Shown here piece by piece: positions 56,201-64,000 of a stretch of 64,000 bases of DNA. This stretch comes from Verrucomicrobiota bacterium (GTDB lineage: Bacteria; Verrucomicrobiota; Verrucomicrobiia; Limisphaerales; SXQI01). The notes beneath the pieces were generated by a model. It saw only the letters and a list, made by a program, of their open reading frames with translations. It ran no database searches and was not told where the DNA came from. Position 1 is the stretch's first letter; each line of letters starts with the position of its first letter. A program made the translations under genes and the position numbers. Location of the stretch: positions 66,855 to 130,854 of the forward strand of contig JANRLX010000021.1 in assembly GCA_033762115.1 (NCBI GenBank), given 5' to 3'.

Positions 56201-57831
56201 TGGTGACCAATGATCTCGCAGCTGCGGTGACGACTCAAAGCCTTGGATTTACCACCGGTGGCGATAATGTCTGGCGGCCGCAATCGCGCGTACGGCACGA
56301 TGACATAACCGCAGCCGAAAGCGGACAAATTCAAGATGGACAATCTGTTTGGATGGAAACAACGCTCAATCGATCCGGAACGTTGAGTTTCTGGTGGAGA
56401 GTTTCGTCTGAAGAAGGTTACGACTTTTTGGCTGTTGAGGTGAACGGAGTGGAAATAGCGCGAATCTCGGGAGAAACGGATTGGCGGCGTGAGTCCGTTC
56501 AGGTGCCTGTCCCAGGCTGGGTTGCCACGGTTCGGTGGGTTTACCGGAAAGATGGCAGCCTGCGAGCAGGCTCGGACACAGCGTGGGTCGATGGAGTTGA
56601 ATTCGAGCTGAACTCCGCTCCCGCGATCTTATCGCAACCTGGGAACCTGTCTGTCGCCTTAGGAGAAACCGCCGTTTTCCGCGTCCTGGCCTCAGGACAT
56701 CCAGACGTGACTTACGCTTGGTGGAGGAACGACCAGCCAATCGCGGGGGCCAATCAGAGCGTTTACAAAGTAGATCGAGCGACACAAGCCGATGCTGGGA
56801 TTTATCGCGTCACGGTTTCAAATTCAGAAGGCTTCACGAATAGTCGAGATGCGGAATTACAAGTGCGTGCAAAGCCGGTCTTTACCAGGCAGCCAGTGAG
56901 CCGAATCGGATTCTTGGGAGGTGGCATCGATTTTGAAGGAGTAGCGGTTGGTTCGGGGCCGATCAGCTACCAATGGTTTTTCGAAGGAATACCGCTGCAC
57001 GCACAAACGCATGAACAGTTGTATTTCCAGGAAATATCAGCGGAGATGGAAGGCGGATACCGACTGCGCGCAGAGAATTCTTTTGGAGAGCAATGGAGCG
57101 AACTCGTCACGCTGACGATTGCGAAGGACCCCATGGTCATCGATTTCGAGGATGTCGTGGCGCCATGTTTGTTTGCGCAGGCTCATGCTGTTTCGGACCG
57201 GTATCTGGCCAAAGGGGTGACAATCCTTGGCGCCAGCAATGTCGAAACGAACATCGCGGCTATTATGGCCGGATGCGCTAATTCGGGGATGAGCGGATAT
57301 TCCGGCGAAAACTTTTTACTTCTACGTCCGGATGGCATCACGACCGAGGGTCCATCACGATTGCCAATCGCATTTAAGTTTAACCATCCTGTGAATGCGT
57401 TTCAGGCGAAGATTGCGGGATGGGGAGCGACCGCTTCGTTGGAGGCCTTTGACGAATTTGGAAACACTGTTCAACGGATGGATTTTGGTGTGCTTCATGC
57501 CGCGCGCACCATTACCATTAACGGCGAGGGGATAGTCAAAGTGGTGATGAGCGGCAACCAGATTGATGCCTATCTTGTCGATGATTTAATGCTTGCCGAT
57601 GTGGCAGATATTGCCCACTTGCCCGTGAAATTAAGCGTAGAACGCTCAGGAAATAGCCTTCAACTTTCGTGGCCTTCCTACGGAGCCGGTAAACTGATGG
57701 AAGCCATGCGAATCGACGCGCCCACAGAGGAATGGCGTGAGTTGGTTCAAGAGGTCCACGATGATGGCTTTCGACGCCGCTTGATTGTGCCGATGCTAGA
57801 CCGTTTGCGATTTTATCGGCTTGTGAGATAG
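53251..57831 (+). CDS. Large secreted RCC1-repeat / immunoglobulin-domain protein
   Basis: Two blocks of IAAGxxHSLALxxDGTVxxWG repeats, multiple YQW...GxYxVxxSN Ig domains, WWRVSSEEGYD domain, FYRLVR end. Confidence 0.9.
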   Translation: MSLKGLIKFLVVALILFATCLAVHSAEQEQEGAVLGWGDNHYGQANVPAGLHQVVSVAAGNGHAVAALADGTVRTWGGQRGQPSKFPPGLTNVAKVAAGADYTVFLLRDGTVLSYGLFASGEYFRNTSDAVAISAGFQHFVALKADGHVLSFGGYARYDKPMPSGGVADAVGIAAGTYHTLAVRRDGTVVGWGRNDFGQCDPPSGLGDVAAVAAGNYHSIALKHNGTVISWGANTAFGETLNQGTTPAGLANVVAVAAGANHNLALKNDGSIVTWGAPMTVPERLSGAVAVASGSASGTSFAITPKPVVVAEPRDLILTEGAIAELRFEVNAKPPFQFEWTFNGQRLEGRTESMIAFNPVRFENRGLYQAVASNSHGSVTSRVAQVTVSRVPEVVIQPVPQVVLTGTGFMLRASAIGASPLRYQWTRAGAPVPGATGPELRIDRSSESDGGEYAVIASNAFGETTSSPANVQVVSSGPVVKWGWPRLPNGLRNLVAVDGNLGLRADGRVMYWDWSNGNTTEIEGLTNIIQIAAGDGFWLALREDGVTLAWNFFNLRPEPLAGFTNVISIATGDGALAARQDGTVVSAGGSIQTPIGLSGVKSVTAEFRHRLALKNDGTVVGWGQNTFGQISIPAGLSGVREIATGPYHTLALLTDGTVRAWGMNNFGQCDPPSGLRDVIAIAAGSHHSLALTSNGELVAWGNPDAGATSIPAGLRGIRSIAAQGNANIVILDWPVFLEEPKGFELLEGGSAILRTRVASVAPHTLQWQLNGVDILGETAETLQIISARRGNAGNYRVVARTESGATTSQPAFLNVLTAPLIESIPTRIDVANGATAKIVAQVYGAAPITFRWFFGEALIATTTVSEMTLSNVNLSMSGLYSFTASNYLGVARSSFIDLAVHFPPAIVRQPNNLKVASGETAIFDVSAMGEGTLSYQWHFNDAPIAGETDPTLEVMLVQPRNEGSYFVAVANEWGRVESRRVTLMVTNDLAAAVTTQSLGFTTGGDNVWRPQSRVRHDDITAAESGQIQDGQSVWMETTLNRSGTLSFWWRVSSEEGYDFLAVEVNGVEIARISGETDWRRESVQVPVPGWVATVRWVYRKDGSLRAGSDTAWVDGVEFELNSAPAILSQPGNLSVALGETAVFRVLASGHPDVTYAWWRNDQPIAGANQSVYKVDRATQADAGIYRVTVSNSEGFTNSRDAELQVRAKPVFTRQPVSRIGFLGGGIDFEGVAVGSGPISYQWFFEGIPLHAQTHEQLYFQEISAEMEGGYRLRAENSFGEQWSELVTLTIAKDPMVIDFEDVVAPCLFAQAHAVSDRYLAKGVTILGASNVETNIAAIMAGCANSGMSGYSGENFLLLRPDGITTEGPSRLPIAFKFNHPVNAFQAKIAGWGATASLEAFDEFGNTVQRMDFGVLHAARTITINGEGIVKVVMSGNQIDAYLVDDLMLADVADIAHLPVKLSVERSGNSLQLSWPSYGAGKLMEAMRIDAPTEEWRELVQEVHDDGFRRRLIVPMLDRLRFYRLVR

Positions 57832-57930
57832 CGGACTGAGGAGAAGAATAACGGGCAACGTAAATATCTGATGGGGCTGTGGCGAAGAAGATTTCACCGT
57901 CTTTATGGGGGCATCACAATTTGAAGTCGC

Positions 57931-58299
57931 TCAAGCCAAACTAAACCGCCCCCCATCATTGGTGAATTTCGGAGTTTTGCCATACAGGATCACGCCAAGA
58001 GAATTCAAAGGGTCATCGGTAGAGAACTGATATCCGAGAGCCAATACAGCATCCAAAACTTGGTGCTTCGTCATTTGCTTGCCTTTGATCACCTTTAAAA
58101 CGGCTTCCTTAAGGGACATTTCATTGCGAACTCGTCCGGTTGGTGTTCTTGGACCGTAATAGGTATCTCGGCCTCGAAGTCCCATTGCTCCCACCGCCTC
58201 ATCCAATTCGCGGAGGCGAATTATCAATTGCTCGCGCTCGGCCAGAATTGAATCGCGAAGCGCCACATACTGTTTAAGGGGATCGGTGGGATTTTTCAT
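57931..58299 (-). CDS. Small coiled-coil plus winged-helix-like DNA-binding protein
   Basis: N-terminal heptads; SLKEAVLKVI...TKHQVLDAVLALGY...GRFSL. Confidence 0.65.
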   Translation of the reverse strand: MKNPTDPLKQYVALRDSILAEREQLIIRLRELDEAVGAMGLRGRDTYYGPRTPTGRVRNEMSLKEAVLKVIKGKQMTKHQVLDAVLALGYQFSTDDPLNSLGVILYGKTPKFTNDGGRFSLA

Positions 58300-58308
58300 G
58301 TGCCCGGT

Positions 58309-58779
58309 TCATTTTTTGACATCTTCGGTTTCAAAGGAAATCACAACATCCTTCATTGGATCAGCAAGTTTGCCGTTCTGCAAAATCACTCGATTGAACA
58401 TGAGCTTGACTCGCGTAAAAGGTTTCGCGTCCGTCAGCACAAAGTTGAATGTGGTTTTGCCATCCGGTTTCAAGGCCGGTTTAGCTTTGCTACCGCCAAT
58501 TACCCAATTCACCGATTGGCCGACGACCTTTTCTTTCTCATCCACCAAAAAAAGAGTGGCACGCGCGGACGTAACTTGCTCAGTGAATGTGTTCTGAATT
58601 GTCAGCTTTATTACGGACTTGCTCGCTGCCGTTTTGGGTTCTGCAATTGTAACGACAAGGGCAGCATTGACGGACAATGTCCCGAGCACAAAGGCAATGG
58701 ACAGTATCTGCACGGCGCTTTTCGCGATGTTCAACCTAATTCCCACTCCTTTCTTCTTTATGATCCAGCGCCTGTTCAA
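58309..58779 (-). CDS. Secreted small beta-sandwich protein (true start probably ~58734)
   Basis: Signal-peptide-like segment ending VNA, followed by a beta-rich domain. Confidence 0.6.
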   Translation of the reverse strand: MNRRWIIKKKGVGIRLNIAKSAVQILSIAFVLGTLSVNAALVVTIAEPKTAASKSVIKLTIQNTFTEQVTSARATLFLVDEKEKVVGQSVNWVIGGSKAKPALKPDGKTTFNFVLTDAKPFTRVKLMFNRVILQNGKLADPMKDVVISFETEDVKK

Positions 58780-59005
58780 CCGGTTTCGCCAAAGACTGCT
58801 GGTGGGCTGAAAGCGATCCCCCGGTTTTTCCGTTGACGATAACTTCCTTTGCTTCCGTCAGGCTTAGATTAAAGACTTGTCGCAGTAAGCGAATCATTTT
58901 TATCTCATCGACTCCGTCTTTTCGGGCGATCTGGAAAACCTCGGCGGGGGTCTTTCCTGCGACTTTTAATTCTTTGTATTTTTCGAATTCGTTCATCAAA
59001 TACAA
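58736..59005 (-). CDS. Small protein with L7/L12-CTD-like motif; candidate orphan immunity protein
   Basis: IKMIRLLRQVFNLSLTEAKEVI; located in the array downstream of Rhs. Confidence 0.6.
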   Translation of the reverse strand: MYLMNEFEKYKELKVAGKTPAEVFQIARKDGVDEIKMIRLLRQVFNLSLTEAKEVIVNGKTGGSLSAHQQSLAKPVEQALDHKEERSGN

Positions 59006-59008
59006 TGT

Positions 59009-59428
59009 TCAGTTGCTTTGGCGTATGTCGAGCCACTCGCGTGGCGTTCCACTTGTGGATTTCCTTGTGTAAAGAACTTTAATTCCACCAGTTTTCACAA
59101 ATGTCAAAGGGCGTGCTACGTGGTACCCGTCGAGAGCTAAATGTTTAGCCATCACATCTGTCAATCCATCCAGTGACGACGGATTATCTACCCACGCCTT
59201 GATTGGTGTGACGTTTATCCAAAAGTGATAGTCCGGGAGATCAGATTCATCCGCTTGAGAAATCCTTATTGTTAAACCAAGCCCGTTTCCGATCCAATAC
59301 TCGCCTTTATCATAGTTGTCACTTTCCCGTTTTGAATGACTTTCAATCTGGAAAAGTGTGAAGACATTCTCCGCAAAAGACCGAAGCTCCGGGGGGCTTG
59401 TGGTTTGAATGAATAGGTTTACGCTCAT
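59009..59428 (-). CDS. Hypothetical protein, candidate orphan immunity protein
   Basis: AT-richer small gene in the array behind Rhs. Confidence 0.6.
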   Translation of the reverse strand: MSVNLFIQTTSPPELRSFAENVFTLFQIESHSKRESDNYDKGEYWIGNGLGLTIRISQADESDLPDYHFWINVTPIKAWVDNPSSLDGLTDVMAKHLALDGYHVARPLTFVKTGGIKVLYTRKSTSGTPREWLDIRQSN

Positions 59429-59467
59429 TACTATTTAATCCAGAAAGATGGCTCAGGCATCAGAGTG

Positions 59468-59890
59468 CTAAGGCGATTTCAGCAGAGCGATCCTTTCTCT
59501 TAACATATCACTGTTTTGCAAAACGCGGTCCCTTTTGTCTGTGTAGCCAATATCAAAGGCGACAAGCGTTCCGCCCTTAATCCACATTGTTTCTCCATTT
59601 CCGTTCAGACTATGGCTCCAATTCTGTTTGAACGATTCGGAGTTAATTTCATCAATGTCTACAACATAAAGTGGAAAAGACGTCCGCTCACCCGCACTCA
59701 TTAAAGCGTCACAAAGGAGTTTAAACGACACCACCGAGGAGCCGCTCCAGGTCGCAAAGATAAAAAGGACTCCTCGCTCCATATTCTTGAAGTCAATTTG
59801 GTCGAGCCGAGAGACCTTCAACTTTTCTGAAGGGAAATTCGGACAATAGAAACGTATTTGTTCCTCAAGATTCATTTCATTTTCCTCCAA
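59468..59890 (-). CDS. Thioredoxin-fold-like protein lacking CxxC; candidate cognate immunity protein
   Basis: VLFIFATWSGSS and YVVDIDE; abuts the Rhs stop codon. Confidence 0.65.
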   Translation of the reverse strand: MEENEMNLEEQIRFYCPNFPSEKLKVSRLDQIDFKNMERGVLFIFATWSGSSVVSFKLLCDALMSAGERTSFPLYVVDIDEINSESFKQNWSHSLNGNGETMWIKGGTLVAFDIGYTDKRDRVLQNSDMLRERIALLKSP

Positions 59891-62800
59891 CGGTGATGCG
59901 AATTATCGTGATTGGATTTCCAGGATATTGATGCTGACTTGTAAACGTCCGGACAAAATCAACAGACTGCCGACCAAAAGCATTTATGAGTGCTTGGCCT
60001 TGGGCTCCAACCGTTGGCTGAGGCAACATATATGTGATTCGAGTTCCAGGCTGAGAAAGGCGCATTATTTCCGAAATTGTTCCCTCGCCCGTGACAGGGG
60101 AGCTTCGGATGAAAATGTCCGAGGCCGATCCGCTTTGTAGAGAGCTCGTCAGCGGGCGCGGCACTCCGTCTGTCCCGCTAGCGTATTGTGCGCTAGTTGA
60201 GACATCTCGAAAGCCGGGTGCCTCGCCCTCACCGAAAATGTTAAGCCGAAGCCCTTGTCGTGGAGGGTTCAAAGAGTTTAACAACTTCACCCCACCAATT
60301 CCTAACAAAACAGTGGACCCTCCGGAGCTCAAACCTGAAGACCAGCGATCAACACTTGAAAGTTCTGAGCCGGCAATCGGCTCGATGCCAGAGAACGCCC
60401 CGTATAGGCCAATTGTAGGATTGTATCGATTACCGATAGCAAGCGTTCCAAGAATGCCCCCGCCTTGGGCGTTGTAGTCGCTGATGCCTTGATTAACAAA
60501 GGACGAAGGAGTCCCCATGCTCGCTCCCATGTTGGCGAAGTAGCTGCCGAATTCAGCGAGACTTCCTAAAAATACGCTATCTGTGGACGAAGAGTACTGA
60601 TCGAGCGCGTTTCCGATCATTCTCAAGTCCTGTGCAGTTGCGGACCCATTTTGATAAAATTCAGACGCCTTGCGGCCATCAGGATCAAACCCGTTAACAG
60701 GATCGCCTTCGGCAAATCCGTATAGCCATGTGCCTCCGGCGTACCCCATCGGATCAGGTGAAATGAACGACCCCGAGACTGGATCATAGTAGCGAGCACC
60801 CAGGTAATAGAATCCCGAACGATCTGACCACCTTCCTCGCCAGAGACTTGCGCTGATCAACTCCGGTTCATCGCCGAGTGGCACAGGTCGATATTGCGGG
60901 ACGGCGCCATAGCCAGTGTGGCGGGCTGCTGTCCAATAAAGGTCGCCATGCGTATCATCATAAAATCCGTTCAGATTCCCACGCGCATCGCTGACGGTGA
61001 TGTCCGTGAAGTTCGGCCCCAAAACAGTTACGCCGTCGAAACCGCCGGTACCATTTAGTGAACCATAATTGCCATCCAAATCGGGTCCGTAAAACTTTGC
61101 CATCGGAATACCCGCGACTTTGACGCCCAATTCCAGGAATTCAACGGAAGGATCGTAATACGATTGAATCGTCTTGGGCTGGCCAGTTAAGACGGTGTTG
61201 TTCGTAACGATGATGCTGGTGTTTTCCAACCGCCGTCCCATGCCGTCGTAAATAGCGACCCAATTGAAACCGTTGGTGTTGGCGTCCCGATCCGTGATTT
61301 TCCAGAGACGACCTTTGGCATCCCAACTGAAGTTCTGGGTGCGAGCGACGACATTGGAAACATTTCGAACCTGCCGTTGGGATAGCATGCCTTCGTTGAA
61401 GTCGCTGACGGTGGTGATGTCCAAGGCGGTATTGGTGAAAACGTGGCTGGTCGTGTTTGTGAACAGGCCGCTTCGATGCAAGACAGTTGCCTCCAAGGTG
61501 TGATTGCCCGGAGCCAATTCCATCATTGAACTCCATTGGAGCGGCACGTTGGTGACCGACGTTTGAAGGATCGTCAGTGGCAGCGGTTTTCCGTCCAACC
61601 GAACGGTCAGGCTTTCAAACATATCCTGGGAGTTGACGTTGCCGTAAGCCAGACGACGAATGACGTTATTTGTCTCGTAATCGATACGCTGGAAGGCGTC
61701 CAGGGAGGCCGTCCACGAAGCGCCGCCTGTTTGCGGCTGGGCCATCCGCGTGAGAGCGCCAATGCCAGCCGTTGTTCCTTCGTCAAAACCAAAAACGTTG
61801 GTCCAGCCGGTCGTTGTGCTGAGGCGCAAACGTTCTTCAGCCAACCGCCGTGAAGTCGCGGAATAGCCGTAAACCCGTTCGTCAGTGAATTCCCGAATAG
61901 TGGTATGCGTGTCGAGAAGACCATCGCCCGTCCAGGTGAGCGTCTCCGACATCAATCCCTCAGCGCCGCCATTTCGAGTGGTGGCACGCGCGAGCGGTCT
62001 GGCCAACCCGTCCCGAGAAGTCACATTCATCGTGACGGTGCCCACTTTGCGATTGGTCAGGATGCCTGCGGTATCGTAGCCATAAATGCCATTGATGAAA
62101 TTGCCCGCGACGTTTGTTAATGCGCCATCGGCTCGCCAACCATAGTTAAAGCCAAAAGGAATTCCTGAACTGAACCCAAGGCCGGCGCGACGCCCTGCGG
62201 AATCGCGACCGATGGAGACTGTAGAATGAACGTTCGTGTTTATCAGGACTGATTCTGTCGCCAATTGTCCGTAAGGATCGTAGGTTCGTTGAATGGTGGT
62301 GCCTGCGCCGGTCGAATTGGTGGCAAACTGCTCCGTCAGGCTTGCGAGCATGCCTCGTTGCTCATAACTGAACACTTCCCGCATGTAATGCTCGGGCAAC
62401 GTTCCCGTATAGGTGTTGGTGAGGGGACGCAGCCATTCGTTGTAGACGTGCGTGCATACGACATTGCGAGCGTCGGTGAACGTTTGGGGAAGACCCGCAA
62501 AGGCGTGCCCCGCCGAATAATAGGTATGGCTGTGATTGCGCGTCTGGTTGACGCCGGAATAATCGTAACTGGTCAACATCTGCCCCGCGCTGTTGTAGGT
62601 GGCTGCCCAGCCGAGATTGCCGGGGTTCATGCGGAAAAGAACATTTCCCATCGCGTCGTAGGTAAAGGTGGTTACCGCATTGTCCCGGTTGGTCTGTGAA
62701 GTGACGCGTCCCAACCCGTCATAGCCGAAATAGGAACCGGGCCAATAGGTGGTGACGCCGCTATGATATGACGCGGGGATCTCGCTCCGAAGTTTTCCGC

Positions 62801-63998
62801 CCACGTCAAACGCGCGCAGCGTAAACTCGTATCGATTGGTCAATGACCAGCCGCTGGAAAGAACCACCTGACCATCATTGTCGGTGAAAGCAAAGCGCGT
62901 GATAGCTGAAGCGCCACTGCCTTCCGTGACCATCATTCCATGATGATTTGTGAAGTAGGTCGTCGTTGTCAGGCGAACCGTTTGATTGGAACTATTCCGA
63001 ATATCCCGAATCAATGGACGGCCTAACGCATCAACCTGAACGATGGTTTTGTCGCCGACGCCATTGATGCTGGTGGTGATAACGCCGCCCGCATCGAAAT
63101 AATTCGTCAATGCCTGTTGAAGCGGAGCGGGATTGCTTCCGCCAGGATTGGGCGGCGCATTTGTCGGATCAATGGTCTGGAAAACCGGTCCAGCCATGCC
63201 CTTAAGGCGGTCCAGTCCGTCAAAATAATTGGTAAAGACATTTCCACCAAGATCGACAGAAAGAATTTCGTTCCCGCGCCGATCTTTGGTGACAACCTTT
63301 ATCCCGAGCATCGTGTTGGCACTGTTTTTAAAAGTGTTTGTCACGCGGCGATTCACATCGTCGTAAGTGGTTTCCCAATACGAACCATTGTTAAGGATCG
63401 CCTTGCGAGGCCGTCCGTCCAGGTAATAAGTCCAGCCATTGGTGGCCCCGGTAGGCTGGCGTTGGAACCTTGGTTGTCCTGTGCTGGTGTAAAGCGTCTC
63501 GGTAACGCCGCCGAGGGCATTGGTCGTTAAAGTGATCTGGTCACCCGGCTCATACGCCACCTTTTCCGTTTTTAAGAAGACGCCATTGCTGGCGTAAAAG
63601 GTTTGCTGAATCCTTCGGCCCAATGCGTCGTAGTTGAACGTCGAAAAATGGCCAAGGCTTTCACGCACCTTCAGCAGATTGCCGAAGGGATCATATTCAT
63701 TGAAAGTGGTGGCGTAGAGGTTGTCGCCGTTTTCAGCTTCGATCCCGGAACCATCGGTTTTGGCGCGAGCCCGCCAGCGGATTTGCGTGGTCAATCGGCC
63801 AGCGCCGTCGTAATCCATCCAAACGTAATCCTCGGGATCGAAGGCCGGCCCATCCTGCCAAACCACTTCTCCGTTCGGATTGTAATGGATAAAATTCCAG
63901 GCCATTGGGCTGACGGCGCCCGCTTCATACCATTCGGTGTTTTGAGGGCGGCCCATTGTGTCGTAGCCAATGCGGGTTTTTCGACCTGCGCCGTCGAT
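59877..63998 (-). CDS. RHS/YD-repeat polymorphic toxin (5' truncated)
   Basis: YD repeats; core GFYYLGARYYDPVSGSFISPDPMG...DPVNGFDPDGR; variable C-terminus; frame open to the window edge. Confidence 0.95.
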   Translation of the reverse strand: MDGAGRKTRIGYDTMGRPQNTEWYEAGAVSPMAWNFIHYNPNGEVVWQDGPAFDPEDYVWMDYDGAGRLTTQIRWRARAKTDGSGIEAENGDNLYATTFNEYDPFGNLLKVRESLGHFSTFNYDALGRRIQQTFYASNGVFLKTEKVAYEPGDQITLTTNALGGVTETLYTSTGQPRFQRQPTGATNGWTYYLDGRPRKAILNNGSYWETTYDDVNRRVTNTFKNSANTMLGIKVVTKDRRGNEILSVDLGGNVFTNYFDGLDRLKGMAGPVFQTIDPTNAPPNPGGSNPAPLQQALTNYFDAGGVITTSINGVGDKTIVQVDALGRPLIRDIRNSSNQTVRLTTTTYFTNHHGMMVTEGSGASAITRFAFTDNDGQVVLSSGWSLTNRYEFTLRAFDVGGKLRSEIPASYHSGVTTYWPGSYFGYDGLGRVTSQTNRDNAVTTFTYDAMGNVLFRMNPGNLGWAATYNSAGQMLTSYDYSGVNQTRNHSHTYYSAGHAFAGLPQTFTDARNVVCTHVYNEWLRPLTNTYTGTLPEHYMREVFSYEQRGMLASLTEQFATNSTGAGTTIQRTYDPYGQLATESVLINTNVHSTVSIGRDSAGRRAGLGFSSGIPFGFNYGWRADGALTNVAGNFINGIYGYDTAGILTNRKVGTVTMNVTSRDGLARPLARATTRNGGAEGLMSETLTWTGDGLLDTHTTIREFTDERVYGYSATSRRLAEERLRLSTTTGWTNVFGFDEGTTAGIGALTRMAQPQTGGASWTASLDAFQRIDYETNNVIRRLAYGNVNSQDMFESLTVRLDGKPLPLTILQTSVTNVPLQWSSMMELAPGNHTLEATVLHRSGLFTNTTSHVFTNTALDITTVSDFNEGMLSQRQVRNVSNVVARTQNFSWDAKGRLWKITDRDANTNGFNWVAIYDGMGRRLENTSIIVTNNTVLTGQPKTIQSYYDPSVEFLELGVKVAGIPMAKFYGPDLDGNYGSLNGTGGFDGVTVLGPNFTDITVSDARGNLNGFYDDTHGDLYWTAARHTGYGAVPQYRPVPLGDEPELISASLWRGRWSDRSGFYYLGARYYDPVSGSFISPDPMGYAGGTWLYGFAEGDPVNGFDPDGRKASEFYQNGSATAQDLRMIGNALDQYSSSTDSVFLGSLAEFGSYFANMGASMGTPSSFVNQGISDYNAQGGGILGTLAIGNRYNPTIGLYGAFSGIEPIAGSELSSVDRWSSGLSSGGSTVLLGIGGVKLLNSLNPPRQGLRLNIFGEGEAPGFRDVSTSAQYASGTDGVPRPLTSSLQSGSASDIFIRSSPVTGEGTISEIMRLSQPGTRITYMLPQPTVGAQGQALINAFGRQSVDFVRTFTSQHQYPGNPITIIRITVGGK

Positions 63999-64000
63999 TG

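Noticed and set aside
1..64000. tRNA, rRNA, CRISPR array, integrase, IS transposase
   Set aside because: None recognised by eye. Element boundaries and ICE-versus-plasmid status cannot be fixed from this window.

Overview
Bacterial DNA, most likely Verrucomicrobiota (Pedosphaerales/Limisphaerales-like). This taxonomy is inferred from protein style and was not tested. Four blocks are visible. (1) 1-16.2 kb is a heavy-metal resistance region: the end of a CzcA/CusA RND pump, a ZntA/CadA-type P1B ATPase, and a minus-strand cluster of anti-sigma, CnrX-like sensor, DUF3347 protein, Cys/His leader, TolC, CusB, CusA, YHS-like lipoprotein, a frameshifted membrane gene and an ECF sigma. Two matching ECF-type promoters lie in this cluster. 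(2) 16.6-25.4 kb is an arsenic-phosphate island: pstS with a Pho-box array, arsR, aquaporin, DUF6428, two arsC, pit, arsM, sigZ and phoA. (3) 25.7-53 kb is the core of a conjugative element (ICE or plasmid): an stbABC-like operon, candidate oriT, MOBF relaxase-helicase, a separated virB6, Xis/XRE/OxyR-like regulators, a PAPS-reductase-like gene, radC, a giant methylase-SNF2 helicase with a nested TnpV-like gene, and a virB2/3/4/5/8/9/10-like operon. No VirD4, VirB11 or integrase is visible; a single-domain ClpB-like ATPase sits head-to-head with the pilin. (4) 53-64 kb holds a large RCC1/Ig surface protein and the 3' part of an Rhs polymorphic toxin whose tip resembles a SAM-methyltransferase fold, followed by candidate immunity genes. 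All calls come from motif reading; no database searches were run.
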